Assembly: GCA_964291415.2 (NCBI GenBank)
Contig: OZ219920.1
Location: forward strand, 1-64,000
Direction: 5' to 3'
Source: Alphaproteobacteria bacterium
GTDB lineage: Bacteria; Pseudomonadota; Alphaproteobacteria; SP197
Length of the DNA: 64,000 nt
This document shows positions 10,737 to 18,634 of the stretch, one piece after another (positions within the stretch are counted from its first letter, which is position 1; every line of letters starts with the position of its first letter). Position numbers and translations under genes: made by a program. The notes beneath the pieces are model-generated. The model was not told the DNA's origin. It did not search any database and saw only the letters and a list, made by a program, of their open reading frames with translations.

Positions 10737-11119
10737 CCGAGGAAACCGTCGCCACCCAGGTGATCGCCAACCTTGTCGTCACCGATCGCCACGGTCGCGT
10801 GCTGTTCGTGCGGCACGATCCTGACAACGGCAAGTGGTGGCTGCCCGGCCGCGACGTCGAACCCTACACCCACCCCGACGACACGGCCGGGGCCGTGCTG
10901 GACGAAATGGCCGGACTCGATGCCGGCAAGCCGAAGTTCGACCACGTCGAGTCATTCCGTGGCCGCCGGGGCTGGCATCTCGTCTTCCACTACCGGGCCG
11001 GGGCCACAGGCGCGCCGGACGACGATGCGCTCTCCCGGTGGTGCTCCGCCGACGATCTGCCGGTGACTGCGCATGGCGGCTGGGAAAAGGGGATCGTGGC
11101 GAAGCTGACAGGCAGATAG
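10733..11119 (+). CDS. Nudix-fold protein with degenerate Nudix box
   Basis: VVTDRHGRVLFVR...WWLPGRDVEPYTHPDDTAGAVLDEMAGL; ATGA overlap with padR. Confidence 0.75.
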   Translation: MTEETVATQVIANLVVTDRHGRVLFVRHDPDNGKWWLPGRDVEPYTHPDDTAGAVLDEMAGLDAGKPKFDHVESFRGRRGWHLVFHYRAGATGAPDDDALSRWCSADDLPVTAHGGWEKGIVAKLTGR

Positions 11120-11420
11120 CGGTGTTGCGCAAGTCCCCCATAGCCGCATCGATGGCGTTTCCGATGCGCTCCGGCGCCGCTTCGCGGTTCCGTTCTTTCG
11201 CTGCGCAAACGATCGGGGTGGGCGTCCGTGAAACCTCGCCGAAGTTGTGCCGTTCGAAGCCCTGAAGGCGGGAACTCCGCGCGTGACCGAGAATGCGATT
11301 CGGAATGAAGGGATGCGAGGGGCAGAAGCACCGCACACTGTTGCCCTGGCACAGAGCAACGGCGACGAGCTCTTCCAAACGAACGATGGGCACTCCAGAA
11401 ACATGTCGGCAGGCGTGACC
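11120..11420 (-). pseudogene. Probable tyrosine recombinase/integrase C-terminal remnant
   Basis: Minus-strand translation RILGHAR...EAAPERIGNAIDAAM resembles integrase box II and C-terminal helix; no intact ORF. Confidence 0.35.
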
Positions 11421-11542
11421 TCGTTCCCGTTCACCTGGCAAGGCCCGTTCGACGCCTCGATGCAACGAGTGCACAGGAACGCCACGGGAGATTTCTCTCG
11501 AACAGGAACCCGTGCCGAACGGGAATGGAGAGTCCCGTCGGG

Positions 11543-13081
11543 TCAATCGTCTGCGGTGGCGCCGCCTTCCTGCTTTCGCTGGCGGATGAAGGCGGTCAGT
11601 TCTTCGGCGATGCCGGGGTCCATGTCGGGCGTCTCGTATTCGTCGAGTAGCTGACGCCACACCCTGGTGGCCCGCCGGGTGGCGTCGATGGCGCCGTCGC
11701 TCTTCCAGGTCTCGAAGTTGCGCCAGTCCGAGAGAACCGGCTCGTAGAAGGCGGTCTCGTAGCGTTCGAGAGTATGGCGCGTGCCGAAGAAGTGTCCGCC
11801 CGGACCGACATCGGCAATGGCGTCGACGGCGAGTTCGGGTTCCGAAAAATCCACCGGCTCCAGGGCCTTGATCATGGTCTGGACCATCTCGAGATCAATG
11901 GCGATCTTTTCGAACGAGGCGCTGAGTCCCCCTTCCATCCAGCCGAAGCTGTGCATCACCATGTTGGTGTGACCCTGGACGGTCGCCCACAGCGACATGG
12001 CGCTTTCGTACGTCGCCTGGGCATCCGGCCAGTTGGCGGCGTTGACGATGGACGAGCGGTAGGGAAGGGCGTAGCGGCGCGCCATCTGGCCGCCGAGGAG
12101 GACCGCCTTGACGTACTCCGGCGTTCCGAAGGCCGGAGAGCCGGATTTCATGTCGACGTTGCTGGTAAAGCCGCCGTAGACCACCGGAGTTCCCGGTCGC
12201 ACCGTCTGGCAGAAGGCAATGGCGGCAAGCGCCTCGGCATTCTGCTGGGTCAGTGCTCCGGCAATGGATACCGGCGCCATGGCGCCTGCAAGCGTGAACG
12301 GCGTGACGACGATGACCTGGTTGCGCCGCGCCATTTCTATCATGCCGAGCAGCATCGGCACATCGAGCTGCAGTGGGGAGTTGCAGTTGACGACCGTCCA
12401 GATGCTGGGCTCCTCGAGGAGTACGGAGTCACTGATGCCACGGGCGATGCGGACCATGTCGATGGCATCGTTGATCTTGCGGCGGCCAAGGGAGTAGCCG
12501 AAGGCGATCTTGTCGGTCAGGAAGAGCTGTTCGCCAACGATGTCGAGATAGCGGATATCGGGATCGACCTCGACGGGTTCCAGCATGGGCGTGCAGCCAT
12601 GCACCGCATTGATGACCTGGGCAAGGCGCAGCAGGTTGCGATAGTCGGCGAGATTGCCCGACCGGCGGCCACCTTCGAGATCGGAAACATTCGGGTTGCC
12701 GGCCACGGGGAAGAAGTTGATGTGGTTGCCCCCCATGACCCTGCTTCGTGCCGGATTGCGGGCGTGGAGGGTCCATTGCCGGGGCGCTCGCGCAACAGCT
12801 TCCTCGATGAAGCCGCGCTCGAACCGCACCCGGGTCTCGCCCGGTGTGACGGCGACACCGGCGTCATGGAGGATATCGCGCGCCTCCTCGAGGAGAATGT
12901 TGATCCCTGTTTCCTCGAGGACGCGCATCGAGGCGTCGTGTATGGCCTCGACATCGTCGTCTCCGGCAATGTCCACCGCCGGGTAGGGATTGCGCACAAC
13001 GGTCCACGGCAGCTGCGGAACCTTGCGGGATCCTCCCTGTTCCTTCCTTCTGCCAGCGGCCTGCCGCCGTGATCGCCGCAT
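11543..13081 (-). CDS. mttB: Trimethylamine methyltransferase family protein (non-pyrrolysine MttB/MtgB type)
   Basis: IHDASMRVLEETG, NCNSPL, PFTLAGAMAP, YGGFTSNVDMKSGSPAFGTPE, GWMEGGL and GPGGHFFG motifs; no in-frame TAG. Confidence 0.9.
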   Translation of the reverse strand: MRRSRRQAAGRRKEQGGSRKVPQLPWTVVRNPYPAVDIAGDDDVEAIHDASMRVLEETGINILLEEARDILHDAGVAVTPGETRVRFERGFIEEAVARAPRQWTLHARNPARSRVMGGNHINFFPVAGNPNVSDLEGGRRSGNLADYRNLLRLAQVINAVHGCTPMLEPVEVDPDIRYLDIVGEQLFLTDKIAFGYSLGRRKINDAIDMVRIARGISDSVLLEEPSIWTVVNCNSPLQLDVPMLLGMIEMARRNQVIVVTPFTLAGAMAPVSIAGALTQQNAEALAAIAFCQTVRPGTPVVYGGFTSNVDMKSGSPAFGTPEYVKAVLLGGQMARRYALPYRSSIVNAANWPDAQATYESAMSLWATVQGHTNMVMHSFGWMEGGLSASFEKIAIDLEMVQTMIKALEPVDFSEPELAVDAIADVGPGGHFFGTRHTLERYETAFYEPVLSDWRNFETWKSDGAIDATRRATRVWRQLLDEYETPDMDPGIAEELTAFIRQRKQEGGATADD

Positions 13082-13107
13082 CGCCCTTCCTCAGGCCTCC
13101 GGAAAGA

Positions 13108-13139
13108 CAGGCGCCGGCAGCAACAGCCGCCGGCGCCTG
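13108..13139 (-). terminator. Hairpin between SBP copy A and mttB (weak U-tract)
   Basis: caggcgccggc...gccggcgcctg, followed by TCTTT on the minus strand. Confidence 0.5.
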
Positions 13140-13165
13140 CCAGAATCGTCAGGTGATCTGATCAA

Positions 13166-14764
13166 TCAGGCCTTGCTTTCGTCGATCCAGATCTCCTCGT
13201 AAGGCCATCCGGCGCCCCCCGAGAAGGCAGGACTGCCGTGGTAGTTCTGGATCCGCGACGTGGTGGCCTCGATGTAGTTCGTGAAGAACGGCAGGAACAG
13301 TCCACCGTCGTCATGCAGCAGGGTGCATGCCTCGCAGTAGATTTCCAGGCGCTTGGCCTCGTCCGTCTCCAGACGGCCCATGACGAGCAGTTCGTCGAAC
13401 CGCTCGTTGCACCAGAACGTCTCGTTCCAGGACCCGCCACAGGCATGGGCGATCGTCAGGATCGCATCGGCGGTCGGACGGGAGTTCCAGCCGGTCGCGC
13501 AGAACGGCACCTGCATCCAGGTGTGGCTCCAGTAGCCGTCATCGGGCACACGGTTGAGTTCGATGGTAATGCCCGCTTCCCGTGCGTGCTCCTGGAGAAT
13601 GGTGCTGGCGTCGATGGCGTTCGAATGCGCTGCGTTCGATACGGCAAGCTCGATCGACGAGAGACCGGTCTTGTCCCAGTGCCACTTGGCCTTTTCCGGA
13701 TCGTAGTTGTGCTGCGGGATGGCGTCACAGTAGGTGGGCAACCCGGGATTGACCGGGAAATCGTTGCCGATCCGGCCATGCCCGACCATCACCGTATCGA
13801 CGACAACGTTCCGGTCGACGGCGTGTTTCATCGCCAGACGCAGGTTGAGATCGTCCGTCGGTGCCCTGTCGGTCGCCATGATCCAGGCAAACCAGGACCC
13901 CGACGGAATCGAGTGGACCTTGACACCGGGATTCTGGCCCAGCAACGAGGCAAGACGGGGCTCGATACTGATGTCGATGTCGATATCACCGGCCTGCAGG
14001 GCGCTGGATCGTGCCGCGTTGTCGGGAATTCCCTGGGTGATGAAGGTCGAGACGTGACCGGCATTCGAATTCCAGTAGTTCTCGTTCTTCTCGGCGACCG
14101 AGGCCAGCCCCGGAGTGAACTCCACGACCTTGTAGGGTCCGGTGCCGACAACGGGATCACCGTCCTTCCAGCCTTCCTTGACGATCGACGTGTGATAGTC
14201 GTGCCCCAGTGTGACCGGGAAGTCGGCATTGCCCGAATCGAGAGTGATCTTGACGACGTTGGGTCCGTCGGCCCGCATGTCCACGATGGGTGCAAGCAGG
14301 GGCTTGGAAGGTGACTCGGAGCCTTCCTTGATGTGTTCGCCAAGGGAGTAGATGACATCGTCCGCAGTGAGGGCCTTTCCGTCATGGAACTCGACTCCCT
14401 CGCGCAGCTTGAAGGTCCACTCGGACGCCTGGTTGGTGGCTTCCCATTCGGCCGCCAGGTTGGGAACGACATTCATGTCGCGATCAAGGTTGGTCAGCCT
14501 GTTGTAGACCTGGTAGGCGCGCTGGATGTCCGTGCTGTTGGTCATCTTGGTGGGATCGTAGGTCTCTTCGGCACCGGTGTACTCCGGGCTGACGTGGACC
14601 TCGCCGCCCTTGATCGGCGTTTCGGCGATGCCGGCGCTGCTCAACATGGTCGTTGCTGCAGCCACTCCGACGCCGAGCTGGCCGGCGCGACCGATGAATT
14701 CCCTGCGGTCAAGGCGGCCGGCCCTGATCTCGTCAATCATCCAGTCGAGTTGTTGTTTGCTCAT
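13166..14764 (-). CDS. ABC transporter substrate-binding protein family 5 (copy A), Tat signal
   Basis: LDRREFIGRA Tat motif; VPNLAAEWE, WTFKLREGVEFHDG and GTGPYK motifs. Confidence 0.9.
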   Translation of the reverse strand: MSKQQLDWMIDEIRAGRLDRREFIGRAGQLGVGVAAATTMLSSAGIAETPIKGGEVHVSPEYTGAEETYDPTKMTNSTDIQRAYQVYNRLTNLDRDMNVVPNLAAEWEATNQASEWTFKLREGVEFHDGKALTADDVIYSLGEHIKEGSESPSKPLLAPIVDMRADGPNVVKITLDSGNADFPVTLGHDYHTSIVKEGWKDGDPVVGTGPYKVVEFTPGLASVAEKNENYWNSNAGHVSTFITQGIPDNAARSSALQAGDIDIDISIEPRLASLLGQNPGVKVHSIPSGSWFAWIMATDRAPTDDLNLRLAMKHAVDRNVVVDTVMVGHGRIGNDFPVNPGLPTYCDAIPQHNYDPEKAKWHWDKTGLSSIELAVSNAAHSNAIDASTILQEHAREAGITIELNRVPDDGYWSHTWMQVPFCATGWNSRPTADAILTIAHACGGSWNETFWCNERFDELLVMGRLETDEAKRLEIYCEACTLLHDDGGLFLPFFTNYIEATTSRIQNYHGSPAFSGGAGWPYEEIWIDESKA

Positions 14765-14952
14765 GTTGGCGCTTTCCCTGTCAGTTCTTGTTCATGGGCA
14801 TGCCGCGACGGGCATGCTTTCGAGGATCAAGCCTAATCCGCGTCGGGTTGCAAGGGAAGTGCTCCGGGTGCGGCGAGGCGCTGTTGGACCCTGGCTTCAG
14901 CGGCGGCCCGACGCCGTGATCGCCGCATCGCGTTTCTGCGAACTTCGCAATG

Positions 14953-14985
14953 AAAAGCGCCAGCGGCAAAAAGCCGCTGGCGCTT
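14953..14985 (-). terminator. Rho-independent terminator after SBP copy B
   Basis: 13-bp stem aagcgccagcggc-aaaaa-gccgctggcgctt ending in TTTT on the minus strand. Confidence 0.7.
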
Positions 14986-15012
14986 GCCCGGATCGTCAGG
15001 CGACCTGATTGA

Positions 15013-16611
15013 TCAGGCCTTGCTTTCGTCGATCCAGATCTCCTCGTAAGGCCATCCGGCGCCCCCCGAGAAGGCAGGACTGCCGTGGTAGTTCTGGATC
15101 CGCGAGGTGGTTGCCTCGATGTAGTTCATGAAGAACGGCAGGAACAGTCCACCGTCGTCATGCAGCAGGGTGCACGCCTCGCAGTAGATTTCCAGGCGCT
15201 TGACCTCGTCCGTCTCCAGTCGGCCCATGACGAGCAGTTCGTCGAACCGCTCGTTGCACCAGAACGTCTCGTTCCAGGACCCGCCACAGGCATGGGCGAT
15301 CGTCAGGATCGCATCGGCCGTCGGACGGGAATTCCAGCCGGTTGCACAGAACGGCACCTGCATCCAGGTATGGCTCCAGTAGCCGTCATCGGGCACACGG
15401 TTGAGTTCGATGGTAATGCCCGCTTCCCGCGCGTGCTCCTGGAGAATGGTGCTGGCGTCGATGGCGTTCGAATGCGCCGCGTTCGCCACGGCAAGCTCGA
15501 TCGACGAGAGACCGGTCTTGTCCCAGTGCCACTTGGCCTTTTCCGGATCGTAGTTGTGCTGCGGGATGGCGTCGCAGTAGGTCGGCAGCCCGGGATTGAC
15601 CGGGAAATCGTTGCCGATCCGGCCATGCCCGACCATCACCGTATCGACGACAACGTTCCGGTCGACGGCGTGTTTCATCGCCAGACGCAGGTTGAGATCG
15701 TCCGTCGGTGCCCTGTCGGTTGCCATGACCCAGGCAAACCAGGAGCCGGAAGCCGTCGAGTAAACCTTGACACCGGGGTTCTGGCCCAGCAACGCGGTAA
15801 CACGGGGCTCGACATCGATGTCGATGTCGACATCACCGGCCTGCAGGGCGCTCGACCGTGCCGCGTTGTCGGGAATTCCCTGAGTGATGAAGGTCGAGAC
15901 GTGACCGGCATTCGAATTCCAGTAGTTCTCGTTCTTCTCGGCGACCGAGGCCAGCCCCGGAGTGAACTCCACGACCTTGTAGGGTCCGGTGCCGACAACA
16001 GGGTCACCATCCTTCCAGCCTTCCTTGACGATCGAAGTGTGATAGTCGTGCCCCAGTGTGACCGGGAAGTCGGCGTTGCCCGAATCGAGAGTGATCTTGA
16101 CGACGTTGGGTCCGTCGGCCCGCATGTCCACGATGGGTGCAAGCAGGGGCTTGGACGGTGATTCGGAGCCTTCCTTGATGTGTTCGCCAAGGGAGTAGAT
16201 GACATCGTCCGCAGTGAGGGTCTTTCCGTCATGGAACTCGACCCCCTCGCGCAGCTTGAAGGTCCACTCGGACGCCTGGTTGGTGGCTTCCCATTCGGCC
16301 GCCAGGTTGGGAACGACATTCATGTCGCGATCAAGGTTGGTCAGCCTGTTGTAGACCTGATAGGCACGCTGGATGTCCGTGCTGTTGGTCATCTTGGTGG
16401 GATCATAGGTCTCCTCGGCACCGGTGTACTCCGGGCTGACCCGGACCTCGCCACCCTTGATCGGCGTTTCGGCGATGCCGGCGCTGCTCAACATGGTCGT
16501 TGCTGCAGCCACTCCGACGCCGAGCTGGCCGGCGCGACCGATGAATTCCCTGCGGTCAAGGCGGCCGGCCCTGATCTCGTCAATCATCCAGTCGAGTTGT
16601 TGTTTGCTCAT
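15013..16611 (-). CDS. ABC transporter substrate-binding protein family 5 (copy B), Tat signal
   Basis: Near-identical paralog of 13166..14764. Confidence 0.9.
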   Translation of the reverse strand: MSKQQLDWMIDEIRAGRLDRREFIGRAGQLGVGVAAATTMLSSAGIAETPIKGGEVRVSPEYTGAEETYDPTKMTNSTDIQRAYQVYNRLTNLDRDMNVVPNLAAEWEATNQASEWTFKLREGVEFHDGKTLTADDVIYSLGEHIKEGSESPSKPLLAPIVDMRADGPNVVKITLDSGNADFPVTLGHDYHTSIVKEGWKDGDPVVGTGPYKVVEFTPGLASVAEKNENYWNSNAGHVSTFITQGIPDNAARSSALQAGDVDIDIDVEPRVTALLGQNPGVKVYSTASGSWFAWVMATDRAPTDDLNLRLAMKHAVDRNVVVDTVMVGHGRIGNDFPVNPGLPTYCDAIPQHNYDPEKAKWHWDKTGLSSIELAVANAAHSNAIDASTILQEHAREAGITIELNRVPDDGYWSHTWMQVPFCATGWNSRPTADAILTIAHACGGSWNETFWCNERFDELLVMGRLETDEVKRLEIYCEACTLLHDDGGLFLPFFMNYIEATTSRIQNYHGSPAFSGGAGWPYEEIWIDESKA

Positions 16612-16816
16612 GTTGGCGCTTTCCCTGTCAGTTCTTGTTCATGGGCATGCCGCGACGGGCATGCTTTCGAGGATCAAGCCTAATCCGCGCCGGGTCGCAA
16701 GGGAAGTGCTCCGGGTGCGGCGACGCGCCTTTCGACACTGGCTTCACCGGATTGTCATGTGTCGCTCGTCCCGGAATTCACGGGTGTGGCACGGCCATGA
16801 CGCGATCTCCGGAGAG

Positions 16817-17524
16817 TCAGGGAGCGTGCGTGCCCGTCCTGCAGGCAAGGGCAGCGGCGAATCGTTCCTCTCCGAGATCGACGAGGCGCAGGGGTGGGGA
16901 GGGATCGTGCGGAAACCGGAAGAGGCAGGCGCGGGCGCCGTCAAGCATCGGTTCGGGGAGCTCGAAGCGGGACGGACCCAGCGACAGACCGGTGCCGGTG
17001 GCCTTGAGCAGCGCTTCCTTCATGGTCCACAGGCGATAGAAGAGGTGGATTCGCGCGGCGCCGGAGACCTGGGCCAGCCGCTGGCGTTCCCGCGGTCCGT
17101 AAACCCGTCTGGCGAGCCCGGTGAAATCACGGTGCAAGGAGCGTGCTTCCACATCGATGCCGAGATCGTCCTGCCCGCCGATGGCGATCAGCCCGTGACC
17201 ACCGCTGTGTGACACGTTGAAGCCGATGCCGGAACGCCTGCCGCCTATGATGGCGAAGGGCTTGCCGTGGTCCAGATGACCGAATGAAAGCTCTTGCGCG
17301 TCACAACCGGCATGCTCGGCCAGAGTGATGCGCAAGGCCGCCCGGCAGAGGGCGAATGCGTACCGGGCCTGCTTCGAGAGAGAGCGTTTCCACCGCGCTC
17401 TCTCGGCTTCGTCGAGCAGGGTGACCGCCCGCTCCTCGCGATCCGGGGAGAGTGCCAGATCCACATGGAGGATGGTCGTGTCGTCCACCGCGCGCCAGGG
17501 ACTCCACCACCGGTCCGCCGTCAT
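16817..17524 (-). CDS. Sfp-type 4'-phosphopantetheinyl transferase
   Basis: GKP, FNVSHSG, LGIDVE and FYRLWTMKEALLKATGTGL motifs. Confidence 0.92.
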   Translation of the reverse strand: MTADRWWSPWRAVDDTTILHVDLALSPDREERAVTLLDEAERARWKRSLSKQARYAFALCRAALRITLAEHAGCDAQELSFGHLDHGKPFAIIGGRRSGIGFNVSHSGGHGLIAIGGQDDLGIDVEARSLHRDFTGLARRVYGPRERQRLAQVSGAARIHLFYRLWTMKEALLKATGTGLSLGPSRFELPEPMLDGARACLFRFPHDPSPPLRLVDLGEERFAAALACRTGTHAP

Positions 17525-17545
17525 GATCCCGTGGGCGCGGCGGGT

Positions 17546-18505
17546 TCAGTCACGGTTCCGGGCCACCTGGTCGGCAAGGAGACAAAGAATCTCGAACATG
17601 AAGGTTGCCCCGACCAGTGCCGTGTTCCCGCTGGGATCGAAGGGTGGCGCCACCTCGACCACGTCGCCGCCCACGAGATCGAGACCCTGGAGCCCTCTCA
17701 CCACTTCCTGGGCCTCGCGCGTTGTCATGCCGCCGATCTCCGGTGTGCCGGTTCCCGGCGCAAATGCCGGATCAAGCCCGTCAACGTCGAAGCTGATGTA
17801 GGTTGGACGGTCGCCGACCACGCGGCGTGCTTCCCGGATGACCTGTTCCGGGCCTGTCGCGGTGAATTCTTCCATGTAGATGATGCGCATGCCGCTTTCT
17901 TCGGCGAAGGCCATGTCACCGGCACCGTAGATCGACCCGCGGATACCGATCTGAACGGTGCGCCGAGGGTCGAGAAGGCCTTCCTCGACCGCTCGCCTAA
18001 AGGGTGTTCCATGGGTATACGGGTTGTCGCCGAAGTAACGGTCGTTTGTGTCGCTGTGGGCATCGAAGTGCACCATGCCGACGGGCCGGTCGCTGGCAAT
18101 GGCGCGCATGATCGGCAGGGTGATCAGGTGATCGCCGCCGGCCGACAGCGGCATGGCGCCTGCCTGGTGGATCGTCCGGTAGAACCGTTCGATCCGCGCC
18201 AGGGAATCCATGAGATCGATGGGGTTGACCGGGCAATCGCCGAGGTCCGCCACCTGGGCGAGATCGTAGGGTGCTATGCGGGAAACGTGATGGACCTTGC
18301 GCATCAGGCTAGACTGATTGCGGATTTCGCGCGGTCCATGACGGGCGCCAGCACGGTTGGTCGTGCCCCCGTCCCAGGGAACGCCCGCGAGGGCGATGTC
18401 GAGGCCATCCGCATGGCGCGTGTGGGGCAGGCGCATGAATGTCGGAATATCGCCGAACCGTGGCACGACGGATGCATCGACGGGTTGATTGCGGTCCGGA
18501 CACAT
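17546..18505 (-). CDS. speB: Agmatinase / guanidinobutyrase-type ureohydrolase
   Basis: GGDHLIT, HFDAHSDT, HGTPFRRA and SFDVDGLDPAFAPGTGTPE motifs; start trimmed to ATG 18505. Confidence 0.85.
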   Translation of the reverse strand: MCPDRNQPVDASVVPRFGDIPTFMRLPHTRHADGLDIALAGVPWDGGTTNRAGARHGPREIRNQSSLMRKVHHVSRIAPYDLAQVADLGDCPVNPIDLMDSLARIERFYRTIHQAGAMPLSAGGDHLITLPIMRAIASDRPVGMVHFDAHSDTNDRYFGDNPYTHGTPFRRAVEEGLLDPRRTVQIGIRGSIYGAGDMAFAEESGMRIIYMEEFTATGPEQVIREARRVVGDRPTYISFDVDGLDPAFAPGTGTPEIGGMTTREAQEVVRGLQGLDLVGGDVVEVAPPFDPSGNTALVGATFMFEILCLLADQVARNRD

Positions 18506-18634
18506 GCCGCGACACTCCCCGAATGGTGGGCCAACCTTGGCGCGAAGAGCACGATGCCGCAAGACACCATGCCTTGATCGCTCCGGTGCATCGCGACACA
18601 CTCCGGCGGGGCCGGCAACAGGGCACGAGGATCG

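Larger units (their letters stand above)
13105..16750. repeat. Tandem direct duplication with 1847-bp period (upstream region + SBP gene + downstream hairpin)
   Basis: Two 532-aa ORFs with 15 amino-acid differences by manual comparison; ~130 bp of upstream DNA and the 3' hairpin are also duplicated. Confidence 0.95.

Noticed and set aside
13725-13995. Diversity-generating retroelement or shufflon explanation for the SBP variable patch
   Set aside because: No reverse transcriptase or intact recombinase in the window, and the changes are not adenine-specific
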